From NCBI GenBank assembly GCA_030704615.1, contig CM060734.1, positions 42,036,001 to 42,100,000 of the forward strand: a DNA stretch of 64,000 nt, read 5' to 3'. Made by a program: the position numbers and the translations under genes. Below the pieces are notes generated by a model that was given only the letters and a program-made list of their open reading frames with translations, was not told the origin of the DNA and searched no databases. This document shows positions 1-13,900 of this stretch, in pieces (the stretch's first letter is position 1; every line of letters begins with the position of its first letter). Source of the stretch: Takakia lepidozioides (Eukaryota > Plantae > Bryophyta).

Positions 1-1616
1 CCCAACAGCATGGTTCGGCCTCTCCGGCTCTCCAAACACGTTCTTAGTGTGTCTTTTGCTGTCAGTCTTGCAGCATGTTATTGTTCTCGGTATATCAGTC
101 ACTGTACGCCGTGTGTGTAAAAGCCTTATGGCAGCCTACGGGCATCAAGGGTTTTAATTTTTTTCCCTTCAATAATTCGAATAAATTAACCAGGGCCTTT
201 GCCCTGTTCCCCAAAAAACAAAAAAACCAAAAAAACAATAAGCAATAAACAATAAACATTGGCACACCCGCTTTGTGACCTTCAATTAGCAAATAGAAGG
301 AAGCCAGATAAAATGAGTGACTTAGTCATGAGCTTAAATCTACAAGAATTCGCTGTCAGCCGTGCTTATGTTCTCTGGCGTCTTTGGAAAGCTCGCTGCT
401 TATTATTGTTTGATGACAGGAAATTTGCGGTAAGTGATTGTTCACTAAGTTCACTCAGACATAATGTCTGAGGCTCAAAAGAATTGGCTCGTGCTTCTTG
501 CAGCTATTTGCAAATGCGGAGGAGATCGAAAACATGCGGAGCTTCTTTCGACCATTCCTGGGGAGACAGAGGCCTTCTCTGTATAGGGATTTCAGATGAG
601 TGAGTTTTTTGGAACGACTCCAGCCTGCCGGGCTAGCAGGTCATTTAGCACCAAGATGTCACCTGCAGATGGAGAAGAATCTGAGATCAACTGGGCCACT
701 GTCCTGGCTTTAGGAAGGGCAAATCTAGTTTCCATCTGCAGTCTTCACTGTCCCTCCTGTCTCTAACTTTTCATGCATAGCACACCTGCTTACTCGGGAA
801 TCTTCAACCTGTTTCCCTCTCCCATAGTTTTCCTGATATGCTTGGAGCTGTTCTCCTGGGTTACAGAGCAGTGCCTCTTTTTGAAGTCTCCATGCCTGTT
901 TTGCAAGGTTATTTTTTCCTTGAGCCATGCAATAAATTTTATGACTCAAACCCTCAAAATAAAAACAAAAACAAAAACAAAAAACAAACAACATGGGCAC
1001 AGTGGGCTTTCAGTTTGGAAGTCCTTTTCCGACATATCCCGCGGAGTTCGACAAATGAAACTTTGTCACAATCTACTTCGACCTATTGACATTCATTCCT
1101 GCTGTAGTTTTGAAAACCCATGGTGCACCAAAATCGGTCAGACCCCCTCACTGGTGTCTGGCGAACCAAGTATGACCTTCACCTCACAGCCACTTCATTC
1201 ACCCATTGTAAGTAAAGACAAATGACCATCTCAAAGATCTGCAGTATGCGGAGAGGTCTCAATCCATCAAGATCATCATTGTTTTCTCAAATAATAGTAT
1301 CTGACCAGCAACATAAACTGCTTTCATGATAAGGCAATGGAATATGAATCACACCAAGAGTGGACTAATCAATGCCAATCCACCATTGGCTCACGAGAAA
1401 CATCCAATAGAACAGACGAGATAAAATTACTGATTCTTTTCTTGCTCAAACCTGCATGAACACTTTTCTGCTATTGATACAGAGGCAGGACTCAGGGGCA
1501 AGCCTATGAAACTACTTGGCCCTCTGCATAAAGATGGCCTCACTACTTACCTGATTTCTGTTAATATATGCCCCCACCTTTTGTGCCGACTAAGCAAATT
1601 ACACTAAGAAAGAAGC

Positions 1617-4600
1617 TTACGAAACACCAGCAGGCGCCTCAATAGCTGTACTTGAGGCAGTACCTGTTGTCCCATTCAACACTGTGACACCCCCCTCTGA
1701 ATCGACATCAATAATGGCAGAGTCTCCCTCCTTTATTTCACCTGCAAGCATTCGCTCAGCCATGCTATCCTCTAATAGCCGCATGATAGCACGTCGCAAC
1801 GGTCGAGCACCATAGCTCGGACTGTAGCCCTCGTCCACCACCCGGTCCCTAAACCTCTCAGTTACCTGCACACATAATTGCATAGAAATTTCAGGAGAGC
1901 TGCCCAGGCAGAATCAACATTGGAAAGCCTTCCCCTCTAATGTACCTTCACAATCTAGCCCATTTCGAGATGATAGGCACTCAACCCTGACAGCCTTACG
2001 GAGCTCTACATGTACATACACACTATCCATACAGAATGGTTTGAATGGTGGGACCCAATCTGCAGAGTGTCACAGTTGCCAATCTACCTAGCCTTCAAAT
2101 CCACATACCTGCAAGTCAATCTCCTTTTTCTTCAGCCGCTCAAACACCTCCTTCAACATGATGTCGGCAATCTCCTTCACCTCAGATTTGGTGAGCTGCC
2201 TGAAAACAATGATCTCATCCAACCGGTTCAAAAACTCAGGTCGGAAGTACTGCTTTAGCTCCTCATTCACCAAACTCTTAATACGGTTGTAGCTTGAGTC
2301 TTTCTCACCATAGTCCAACTGGAAACCAATACCACCACCACCCTTTTCAATTACACTGCTCCCCACATTCGATGTCATGATCAAAAGAGTGTTCTTGAAA
2401 TCAACAGTTCGTCCCTTGCTGTCCGTCAGGCGACCATCTTCCAAAATCTGAAGCATCATGTTAAATACATCAGGGTGTGCCTTCTCTATCTCATCAAAAA
2501 GCACCACTGTATATGGTCGCCGGCGCACTGCCTCAGTCAACTGACCCCCCTCACTGTAACCCACATACCCAGGGGGTGAACCAATGAGTTTCGATACTGT
2601 ATGGCGCTCCATAAATTCACTCATATCCAGTCGTACCATAGCCTCCTTTGATCCGAAGTAGTATGAAGCGAGAGCCTTGGCAAGCTCTGACTTCCCACGC
2701 CAGTGGGTCCTGAAAAGATGAAGCTTGCTATAGGACGGTTGGGGTTCTTCAAGCCCACGCGGGCCCGCCGAATGGCCCTACTAATGGCCTTAACAGCCTC
2801 ATCCTGCCCAATCACACGTTGGTGCAGAGTTTCCTCCATCTTCAGCAGGCGATCAGACTCATCCGTGGACACTTTCTCAACAGGGATGCCTGTCCACGCA
2901 GAGACAATTTGTTGAATGTCCGCTTCCTCCACCATTGGACCTGCCTCTCCAGCCTCGCTCTCTGCCTTCAACTTTTCCTTGCCTTTCTCAGTGATAGCAG
3001 AAATTTGAGCCTTCAACTCCATTTCGCGATCACGCAGCTCTCCAGCCTACAAACCAAAGGTAATGACAGGTGTAAGCACTCACTATGTGACAGTTTCAGA
3101 GGACCATATGGTATCCTATACTATAGGTATAAGCAAAGTTGACAACAAAATGAAGGTCAACTGTAAGATGATACACCGTTACAGGGTCAGATGGACTTGC
3201 TTAACTCCATCTTGATATAACATAGCCACCACTAACTGTAAAAAAAATCACTTACCAGCTTTCCAAGATGCCACAGCAACATAGCAACAATGAACATCCG
3301 AAGTACATAAGGAAGGGGATACTTCTTCCGGGATACTTCTTCAGTCAAGTGGGTGAGTTTCTGCTACTTCAGGAAAGGTTACCAGCCCAGGAGTACCAAT
3401 GATGCCCATAACAGAGGCACAAGGACTTTGCGTCATTTCCCTTCATGAGCACAAGAGTGAGAAACTACCAGCTCATCCAGCATCACAGTGAAATCGATTG
3501 CCAGCACCAACTGACAACGACAGATCAAATGGTTTACCTTCTCAAAATCTTGACCGCGGACTGCCTCATTCTTTTCTTTAGTGATTCCCCGTAGCTCCTT
3601 GTCAAGCTCTCTCGCCTCCTCAGGTAGCTGACACATATACAGTGACAGAATGATGAGAATGACAACATGATTTGAAAACTCGGGTAGGTGGTAGGTGCAA
3701 CTCGAACGAGTGCTTCTCCAACGAAGGCAAAGGGAGAGGGGCTGCAACTTTAGGCCCTTCGAGTTGAAATACACGGACGGAGAGATACGCAATCAGCTTG
3801 AGACTGTATAATCATAAAGTAATTTGAGAGCCAAAAATTTACACCTCAGAGTAACCAAAGGTGAAATTAGATGACCATATCCAAGGTGAAGAAGTGCTTT
3901 CAAAGATGAAAACGAAGGTGCCAGGACAAAACATCAAGGAAAAGTCACACAGAAGAAGAAACTAAAAGAGAGAAAGGAAACCAGAAAGAAGGGTGTCAGT
4001 GTAACTTAGAGAATCAATCTAAGAGTGCGAGACAGATCAGGTCTCGAATGTATAACCAATACAACACAAACTGTTACATTCGACAACTCAAATTGTAGCA
4101 TTATACATGTACATGTCATATCCCCATAGCTGCACGCGATTCACCCACCTGGGCATGGCGAAGACGAACACGAGAACCAGCCTCATCAATCAGATCAATC
4201 GCCTTATCGGGTAAAAAGCGGTCACTGCACAAAAATATCATATTATTGCACATTGCTAACTTAATCATGAGGGCAAACTTTGCATCCCACACCCACAGGC
4301 ATCGACATCTGCCTTTAAGATCCCATGCAGAACAAACAACTAGTTTACACTTGCAAATCACCACAATGAGTAACCAAGCACTTTTGGAGTACCCTATACC
4401 TTCCAAACGTCTTTGAGCTGATGAAAAACACCTTGAGCACGGGACCGGAAGTGCTCAAATCAAATGTTGTGTAAATCAACCAACAGACAGAACTGGTACC
4501 TGATGTACTGGTATGACAATTGTGCTGCTGCTACCAAAGCTTCATCAGTATAGCGCAGCTTGTGGTGAATCTCATAGCGTTCCCTTAACCCCTTCAGGAT

Positions 4601-7600
4601 TAAAATAGTTTCCTCAACCGTGGGTTCTGGAACCAGGACAGGCTGGAACCGGCGCTCCAGAGCAGGGTCCTTTTCAATGTGCTTCCTGTACTCATCCAGA
4701 GTAGTAGCACCAATACACTGCCGACAGCAACAGTGGAACATACACACCAAGTTTCAAAATACAATTAACAACTAACAAGCCATTGCATTCCTCATCTAAA
4801 TATGTTAAGATTCGTCTCTTTGTGAGTAATAACCTCAGTACATATGTGCCGGTTTCAAATAGTGTCCGCGTTTGCCTGGCAATTTGCAGAAGTGCATGGC
4901 CTTGATCATTGGAGACTTAGCCACATAGAAATTTTCTTCATAAAACCATAATTTCATGGAAATGAACTTCTTTGGTCCAACAGTTCTATTTTGGGCACAT
5001 ATCCTCAAGTACAGAGTTGCCACATCCTCCCCACTACAGACTTGCCACTGGCAAGATTACTTAACAACATTCAGGAACATCAGACACTTCCGAATCTCCA
5101 TCCACTGCCTGAAGAGGAAAAGGACTGATAACATTCCAATTATAGGAGCAGAGTCACAGAAGACAGAAAACACGGAAAGAAATGGGCCAGTAACCCATTC
5201 CCCAATAAAGCGCCTGTCTGGTGACCTAATAGGTTTTAGTAAAAATTCAAGCCTTGGTGCAGCTGAGCATGTGCCTGTGCAGATGCAGCAAGAGACCACC
5301 ATAGCAGGAAGTTACCTGAAGTTCACCACGAGCAAGTGCAGGCTTCAGAATATTGGCGGCATCAATGGCGCCCTCTGCAGCACCGGCTCCAATAAGCGTG
5401 TGAACCTCATCAATGACCAAGATTATATCATCTGCCTGCTTGATCTCCTCCATCAGCTTCTTTAACCTCTCTTCGAACTCTCCTCGGTACTTAGTTCCAG
5501 CAACCAACAAACCCATGTCTAATGTAATAACCTGCCAGTTCAACGTTAAATCCAAATTTGTGAGGAGAGTAACACACAGCAACACAAGGAATGTCAGCAC
5601 TAGTGAAATTTGATGAAAAGCAACTTTTTGTCAGGGGACTGTACGCTTCCAAGATGCACATGCAGTGCGGCTATTTCACAAATCCATCCTACACATTTAA
5701 ACATACCTGAAAAAAGTTGTCGCTTGTCACCAGCGAGTTTTAGTTTGATTACCCACAGAAGAAATCACAATCAAACAAAAACAGAAAAGGTAAACATTAA
5801 GTCCGATGAACCTTCAACCACTGACCTTCTTTCCCTCAATAGTCTCAGGCACATCTCCTGTAGCAATACGTTGTGCAAGTCCCTCTGCAATGGCTGTCTT
5901 TCCGACACCAGGCTCTCCAATGAGACAAGGATTGTTCTTGGTACGTCGACCCAATATCTGAGTCACACGTTCAATTTGTGGTTGCCTACCCACAACTGGA
6001 TCCAGCTTACCCTGAAGCACCACAGAGGAAGATCAAACATACACATACACCTCTCACCATGTCCAACACAACTAGAGTTGAGTCATACAATTTCAAAGCT
6101 CAAATCAGAAACACTAAACCGCCCTGCCTAAGTGTTGAGGTGGGTGATAGTATACAGCCAAACCAAGGATTAGTTTCCTGCTGGGACTGTCACATTGACC
6201 AAACGAGTTGTTCACCCATCTTATAACTGTGCGAGGCCCACTCCCACAAGAACTGTCCAGAAGAGGCTGCAAAGTCGAAGCTCCTCAGGGCACTGGTTGT
6301 TTTCGTCGCCCACACAATCACAATGTCCTTCACTCTCACAAAACCACCTGTATATCCAAAATAATTGCTATCTTCACAACTCATGTGTCGTGAATTTCAC
6401 AGATAAACTCACATCTTCTGCAAGCTTGGTCAAATTGGTGCCATACTCCTCCAATGTAGGCATCTTATTACTGCTGCTGCCACCACCCACTCCGGCACCC
6501 ACTGACTCGGTACTCTCTCCTACCATGCGAATAACCTGTCAATCCAAGAGCAGATAATCCTCAGTCAGGAAACAAGTGTCAAACAACACCTGAAATCTCT
6601 CCCCATTTCCAGTTCCAAACACCCATAAATCTTACTGACTACACATACAAGACCACTCCAACCAGTAAATTCTAACCCAATTTGGCTTGAGAACCGGTGT
6701 CCACTAGATACACCAAGTACACATCTAGCTTTTGATTTCAGAAGAGCAAGACAATTTCTCGAACTATCTAAATTTTAATTAAGACATGCACCACGAAAAA
6801 TATATGCCATCACTGCCTAGCATCACTAATAAGCACATGCCTGTGTGCGAATGTTGCTGGGGTCTGCTCCAAGATTTTCAAGGACACGGGCAGCGACACC
6901 CTCTCCCTCCCTCAACAACCCAAGGAGCAAATGCTCTGTTCCTATGTAGTTATGCCCTGCAAACAATGCACCAGACCTTCTCCTGAGTCAAACAACGTTA
7001 CACAATGTTTACACATTTGTATCTTAAATGGACACGTTAAACAACAGTGGGAAAATGGCATTCATCTACAAGGCTGTGCACTTCTAGTGTTCTTCATCAC
7101 TATGCCAGATGAGTTCTTACATCAGCTTCAGTACCAGCATGCCCTTGTGCATTCCGCCTCTCCAAACTGCAAGGAGAACTTTGTAAAGGTCACAAAGATT
7201 GCCATGTTTCCTTCCATTGGGAGTTAATGTGCCAAGGTGGGCCGTACACAAACTGGGTTCCATGGCCTCGGGCCATCGAAATTTCTACCTCCAAATACTA
7301 GATTCATGAGCACTCTGATACAAATGAGTTCCTGCTCCACAGAAGGACCTCTCCTATAACCAAAAGAAGAAGAATATATTATCCTGAAATGCAGTCCCGT
7401 ACGACCGTCATGCTCTTCAGCCAGCTCCTAGGAATCTCTGACAACCCCACAAACAGATTGACAGGAACCTACCCAGCTGCCGGGCTTCCTCCAACGAGAG
7501 CTCCAAGACACGCTTGGCGCGAGGGGTGAAGGGAATCTCCACCGCCACAAATCCGCTACCCCGGCCAATAATCTTCTCTACCTCCACGCGCGCTTCCTTC

Positions 7601-8085
7601 AAGTTCACGCCCATGGACTTCAAAACCTTGGCTGCAATTCCAGTGCCCTCTCCAATGAGGCCCAAGAGAATCTGTTCCGTGCCAACAAAATTGTGGCCCA
7701 AACGCCTGGCTTCCTCCTGAGCCAACATGATGACCTTAATCGCCTTTTCTGTAAACCGCTCAAACATGGCAGTGGCAACCCCACGCTTCGCCCGCCATCC
7801 TGGAGAATTTATACAAACTGCAGCAGCAACAGCAGAGTGAAAATCCTTTCCTTGTCTGACAGTCAGCGCATCAATCGACGATGCACTGCGGATACCCGAG
7901 AAGGACTGGAAACCTCTTCCAGATGGCAACGCATTGGAGAACGACCTAACCTGTCTACCCGTTCCGCCTGCCAATCTCACTCTAGCTGATACAACCCTTG
8001 TAGATTGTGTGCAGCCATGAAGCTGGCGATGTTGCGATTCAACAGCGGCCGGTAGAGCGGGAGAGCGAGCCAAAGCCCCCGCCAT
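1617..8085 (-). CDS. clpC: Plastid ClpC/Hsp100 AAA+ chaperone, multi-exon, with N-terminal transit peptide
   Basis: Exons translate to [58 protein letters not shown]1 Walker [58 protein letters not shown]2 [32 protein letters not shown] and [10 protein letters not shown]. Canonical splice sites except one GC donor; apparent 1-nt deletion at ~2695. Confidence 0.96.
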
Positions 8086-8625
8086 GTTTCCCTAGCTGCC
8101 GGCTTCAGATGCGCATCCACAGTCCCTGCGATGGCAATCCGTGTGGCTACTCCAAATGCTTCACACAACACTGGGCCACGCCTGCAGCTCGCAAGATACC
8201 CTAAAGCAGAGAGCCGAGTCCGTGGACGCTGCAACACCCCAAGCACGGCCACAAGACAGAGCGCACTGTGCTGCCCAGATAATGCTCCGCGCTACCCCTA
8301 CTACGGCCAGCTCCTTACCCGTAGCCGTCCATCACACGTGCTTATCCCCGAGGAAGCCTTCGCGCCGTTGGATGGAAGCCAGGTACAGTAGCGTGCACCG
8401 GCAAAGCAAGTGACCGACCAGTTCGTCACGAATATATACGGGCAACTTCCGGTACACGATGGATGAGTATCGGCGACATGGACTATAAATATAATTAATT
8501 ATATGCACCCATTTTCCGCCGTGTATGGATGTGAAATGGCCGATACGGATGAAAGTTGCAACCGTCCAAAATCCACCCCACCTTTACTGAACCTGAAAAC
8601 TCAAGCTAAAATTGCCTTTTGAGAG

Positions 8626-9150
8626 GCTTCTCATTGAAAGATAATAGCGTCTTCAATGCCCGCGTGTGGTGCGGCGAGCCCGCATGTGGCAGAGGGGGTG
8701 TGTCGCAGAGGGTGGGAGGGCCCTACCTGGACCCAGCCAGTAGACTCGTTCTGCCCGACGGTCTCCTAAGGCCCACAAAACGCATAAAAATGCACATAAA
8801 ACATTAATTATTGCGGGAGTTTGTAGAAAGTGGCGGGTAGTGTGGTGGACACAATGTATGTTATTCAAATCCTCTCAGGGTCATTAAATATATATTTTGT
8901 TGTAGGGGCGGACATGGCCAGTCTGCTGGAAGGTTGGAATCGGTCTGCTGGAGGGTCTGAGTCTGCTCGAAGGTTGGACACAGTCTGCTAGAAGGTTCGA
9001 CCCAATCCGCTAGAAGGTCCGCCGCGATAGATGAACAAGGACTTAAAAAAATTTCAGAATCTGGCTAACCCCTTGAATGGGCGGTGGGCATGGGCCATAT
9101 TGGCGGGGCCCATAGGTGCATTGAAGACGCTACTATTAAAAAATGAGAGC
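8626..9150. mobile_element. MITE-like element with ~34-bp imperfect terminal inverted repeats; a second left-end copy starts at 9160
   Basis: GCTTCTCATTGAAAGATAATAGCGTCTTCAATGC at 8626 versus GCATTGAAGACGCTACTATTAAAAAATGAGAGC ending 9150; 9160-9320 repeats 8626-8800 in direct orientation. Confidence 0.6.
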
Positions 9151-9718
9151 ATTCGAGACGCTTCTCATTGAACAATATTAGCGTCTTGAATGCCCGCATG
9201 TGTGGCTGGGGCGAGGCCCGCCTGTGGCAGAGGGTTGTTGAGGGTGGGAGCGCCCCTACCGGACCCGGCCTCTGGTGGGTCTGCTTGGCAAGCTATTCTG
9301 CTGGGCCCCACAATATGCACATAAAGTAGCTATGGATCGAAGGTCGGAAGCTAGTTTAACGTAGAGCGGGAATAGGGTGCCATAATGCCACGTCATCGTC
9401 GCCATATCATCGTAGACACGTCATCGTCGTCTTCTGAATGCCCCAAAAAACCAAAAATGACTTCTTGAGCTCAAGCTCAAGTGCGGTGTTTCATGGATTG
9501 AACGGGGGTCGGAATTGTGTCTTTAGAAGCTCCGAGAGTTCCATGGAATTTCCCAGGTTGTACATTCGCTGAATGCGTCGTTGGATCCAGGCTCGGAATT
9601 GTGTTGGGCAATTCAGCAGAAACGAATGTACTCTGGGCAATGGTGGGACAATCGAGGCAAAAAGGTGAGTGTATGTTAGCTTACAGAGAGAAGCAGACAA
9701 CAAGATGCACTGCAAACC

Positions 9719-12470
9719 TTTGCTGGAAATTGACATCCTCTCTCTCTTCAGCACATTATGTCTTGGGAGCAATTCAGCAGCGGAACTAGTGTGTGAGGAG
9801 TAGGGTTGGGGTGTTTGCTGGAACAAATCTGGGCTATTCTATGTATAAAGGTAAGTCGTACTACCAATGTCAGCCCCTGACAGAGGTAGGTTCTGTCCCT
9901 TTGGTTTCCGCTCAAACTGGGCTCGGGGTTAATGGCCACAAGGCTACGGCAAACAACGTCTTATGAGCTCATTGTCAAGGCTTTCTTGATTCTGCAGGAT
10001 GGTTCCTGCAATGGATTGCAACACTATGGAGCACTAGGGCGTGATAGAGTGAAATTCTTCACATTTTTGGTCTCAATGAATATCAATTGTGCTAGTGTCA
10101 AGGGCGAGTTTTCTACCTGGATACCAAAATTCTAGGTTGTGATTGGATCTTTCTGCCTCCACCCTAATTGGTTTTTTCTAGGTTGTGAAAATGTGTGGGT
10201 TATGACGGATCTTTCTGATTATTGGAAAGATAAAATGCATAAAAAAACATAAAGAAATACACTCCAGGGGCTTATAGTGGACAGTGCACCCCAATTTTCT
10301 GAGAGCTTGCTGAGCCCCTACTCCGATCGCGTCCTGTGGACAGGAAGCACTGAAGTAGTGGATAAGAAGTGCAGTGGGTCTCAGATATGAAGCACATGAA
10401 AATAGGTAGAGTATTCTTCATATGGTTTTTGTATGTCAGATGGTGCATACAGAAAGCCATTCTAGTGTGAGCTTCTTCGGGCCAGTGTCTGGAGATAGTG
10501 CAACTAGGCAGCAGCCAACATTTTGATGGAATGATAAATGGGAAAGGATCATCAGAGGATACAAGATTATTGTCAAGATGTAGCTGCTTGCTGGGTTGAC
10601 ATGGCTGGTCATGGTCATGTGGCTTACCTTGTTTCTGGTGACTTTTTTACTGGAAATTTAACCAGGACTTAGCAAGTTCTGTGCTTTGAGAGTTCATGTG
10701 CATCTTGTCAGCCAGGTTTTCCTGCTGGACATCCTTGCTGTTATGAGAAGACCACAAGAATGAGGTCGATCAAGTCTGCCCCTACTATACACATAGTAAC
10801 AATCTCTCCCAGTGCCCTCTGTCAAGAATGTAAGATTGAGGCTTATCGTGCAGAATGTTGATGGGCAGAATGCTGGGGTCATCTTCAGAGGGCTGCTGAA
10901 GGTGCTACCTGATCAGAAAATGTGCCTGCGAGGACTAGGTATTCATGCCCCTTCTTGAGGGCATAATCTGCTGTTGTATTCAATGATGTTGGTCCTTTCT
11001 ACTTGATAGTCAGCCCTGTACACAATGCAGTCATTAGGATTTCCACTTCATGTTTGCTTCTGTGGTCATGAGATTGACAGCTCAAAAGTGTTTATGGGAG
11101 AGACTGGACGAGTTGAGTGTGTTGTGATGAGCAGGGTCAATGGCACTGATAATTGGCAAGTTTGATGAGGCAATCACATAGTTGGAGCAGGCCGTGATTG
11201 CATACCTGACTGATGTGCTCTTTCACACAAGGTATCTGCTGCCTATAATACTACTTCCAACACTTCCAGTTTTGGGTGCTACCAATAGGTCGTTGGGGCA
11301 AGTTGGAATTTGAGGAGGATCAGTCATTAGCAATCACCAGAGCAGACTGCAAGTACATCTTCAACCTAGGTGTTTGGGCTGAAGGTTTCCCTTTCAACAT
11401 ATTGTCTGTCATAAAGCTGCAGTATGAGTACTTGAGAGTTCTCAGAGTTGCTGAACTGGGTGTGTTTTTACTTACCCTGGCAGATAAAATAAGGTGCCTT
11501 GTCGGGGCTGGCTTCATCAATGCCCCCTATTTGCAGGCTTATGACATTTTGAACGCCTACTGGGGTTTTTCCCCTCTTCTTTGATTTGAGTGAAATGGCC
11601 ACTGGCCCCTTTCTTTTAAGCAAATTGGTAAAAACTGTACCTGCGTTCCATTTGCATTATACATTTTTCATGTATTTGCTGGAAATTGTCATCCTCTCTC
11701 ACTTCAGCACATTATGTTTTAAGAGCAATTCAGCAGCGGAACTAGTGTGTGATGAGTAGGGTTGGGGTATTTGCTAGAACAAATCTGGGCTGTCATTGTC
11801 AGCTGCTAGCAGCAACACAAGAAACCTGCAATAAACCTGCATGGGTAGATGGTCAATTCTATGTATAAAGGTAAGTCTTACTACCAATGTCAGCCCCTGA
11901 CAGAGGTAGGTTCTGTCCCTTTGGTTTCCGCTCAAATTGGGTGCGGGGTCAATGGCCACAAGGCTACGGCAAACAACGTCTTATGAGTACTTTCTCTCAC
12001 AGTCAGTGAAGGTCAGGCAGGCTTCCAGAGAAATAGGGGTTGTATCGACCATATCCTCATCCTAAGCCAGAATATTCTGGGAGGGAATAAAGATGGCTCA
12101 TTGTCAAGGATTTCTTCTGCAGGATGGTTCCTGCAATGATTGCAACACTATGGAGCACTAGGGCGTGATAGAGTGAGATTCTTCACCTTTTTGGTCTCAA
12201 TGAATTTCAATTGTGCTAGTCTCAAGGGTGAGTTTTCTACCTGGATACCAAAATTCTAGGTTGTGATTGGATCTTTCTGCCTCCACCCTGGTTGGTTTTT
12301 TCTAGGTTGTGAAAATGTGTGGGTAATGACAGATCTTTCTGATTATTGAGAGGATAATCAGTACACTGCAGTAAAGAAGTACACTACAGGGGCTTATAGT
12401 GGACAGTGCACCCCAATTTTCTGAGCTTGCTGAGCCCCTACTCCGATCGCGCCTGTGGACAGGAAGCACT
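9719..12470 (+). repeat. Direct segmental duplication (~9719-10350 and ~11676-12470)
   Basis: Shared blocks such as TTGCTGGAAATTG.CATCCTCTCTC, GTATAAAGGTAAGTC and GCTTGCTGAGCCCCTACTCCGATCGCG occur in both copies. Confidence 0.9.
9998..10048 (+). pseudogene. Orphan exon of phage-type organellar RNA polymerase (RpoT motif A); frameshifted second copy at 12123-12172
   Basis: (Q)DGSCNGLQHYGALGRDR flanked by ctgcag and gt; no other RpoT exons recognised. Confidence 0.8.
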
Positions 12471-13687
12471 GCCTGTGGCCCCACTGCCACGTACATGGAA
12501 TGTTCCAGCCATCATAATAGCCATGGAATCAACTCGCCACATTTAAGTTCGAGTGCAGACTTGAGGAGTAAGTCACTCTTGTTTGCCCTTGCTGCTGCTG
12601 TCACTCCCACTCCCAAAGCACTTGGGAAGCATGGCGGGGTGGAGTTTCGGAGTCACTACAGCGAGCAACCTCAAGGTCTTCAGTTGGTAGTCAAATGAGT
12701 ATCAAGGATTTTCATTAGTGCGATGAAAAACCATTTCTATGATGTAACGTCCCCTCTATACAGAAGCATAGCCCAGCAATTTTGCAACGGATTGAAATTT
12801 CTGGACTGAATTCAGAACTAACAACTGAACAAAGTAGCCTAGTGTGTGACAGGAAGGGTGAAGGGAGTCCTTGGCTTCCAGTCTGGGTATGCTGTGAGGA
12901 GTTCAATGAGTGCACTTCAAGCGTTTTTATCTGGGCTTTTCATCATGTGTTGTTCCAAGCCTTTAGAGGATGAGGCATTGATGCTTTTGGTTCCTTCTAT
13001 ATGCATGCCAACAACGGTTTTCCCTAGTAGGATGCTGGAGCATTTGTGACAAGAAGTGATTAAAGGGTTGATGGACATGCCAGGCTTGCCTGTGATCAAC
13101 AATGCCCTTCAAGGCAGTTGTGTGGGCAGCACTGCTGAGGCATGTGATTGATGCTAGCACTTACCTGGTATGGCTGTGTGTCTGGTGGGTCTGTTTAGGT
13201 GTCAGTGGGACTGTAGTATTATATATTTGCTTTTGCATTTACGGGGTCAGTTGAATTAGAGAGGAGAGGGGGTGGGCATAATCACATCAATGAATAGCCT
13301 CAACAACACCAAAAAGCAATAGTTAACGCAAAAGTAAAGTATGGATTTACAGGCTGTAATAGTGTACAATTAGTAACTGAACACCTTCAAGTTACTTCGC
13401 TCTGCGACCAACTGGTCTTATCTCCGAATCGCCACCGGAAGTTGGTGGTTTAGGCTTTTATTATCTTCATCCCTACAATTCAACCAACCTACGACAAAGC
13501 TTGATGATAGTTCTTAAAACCACCTGAGAGCGATAGCTCACAAATCAAGCCTCTTAATAGTGATAGGAGAAAATAACCTCTTCCACAGCAACCTCACCAT
13601 AAAGGCGTCTAAATAGCAGGATTTGACCCCAGAACCATCGGGTGGCACTCACTGTTCTTGATTTTCTTGAACTTTTTGAACTGCAGA

Positions 13688-13900
13688 AGAGAAGGAGAGA
13701 GAGACATTGCAAGCAAAGCCTTATTTGAGGGGAATAAGAGAGAAGGAGAGAGAGACGTTGTTTGCTTGCCATAGCCTTGTTTGAGTGGAACACGAGAAGG
13801 AGAGAGAGACATTGTTTGCGTGTTATAGCCTTGTTTGAGCGGAACAGGAGAGAAGGAGAGAGATACGTTGTGTACCTACTATAGTTCTGTTTGAGCGGAT
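13688..13900. repeat. Four ~56-bp tandem units (GAGAAGGAGAGAGAGAC...AGCCTTGTTTGAG)
   Basis: Unit visibly repeated at ~13690, 13740, 13793 and 13850. Confidence 0.8.

Noticed and set aside
9932-10135. Functional T7-like RNA polymerase or phage gene
   Set aside because: Only one 51-bp exon is present, and its duplicate is frameshifted.
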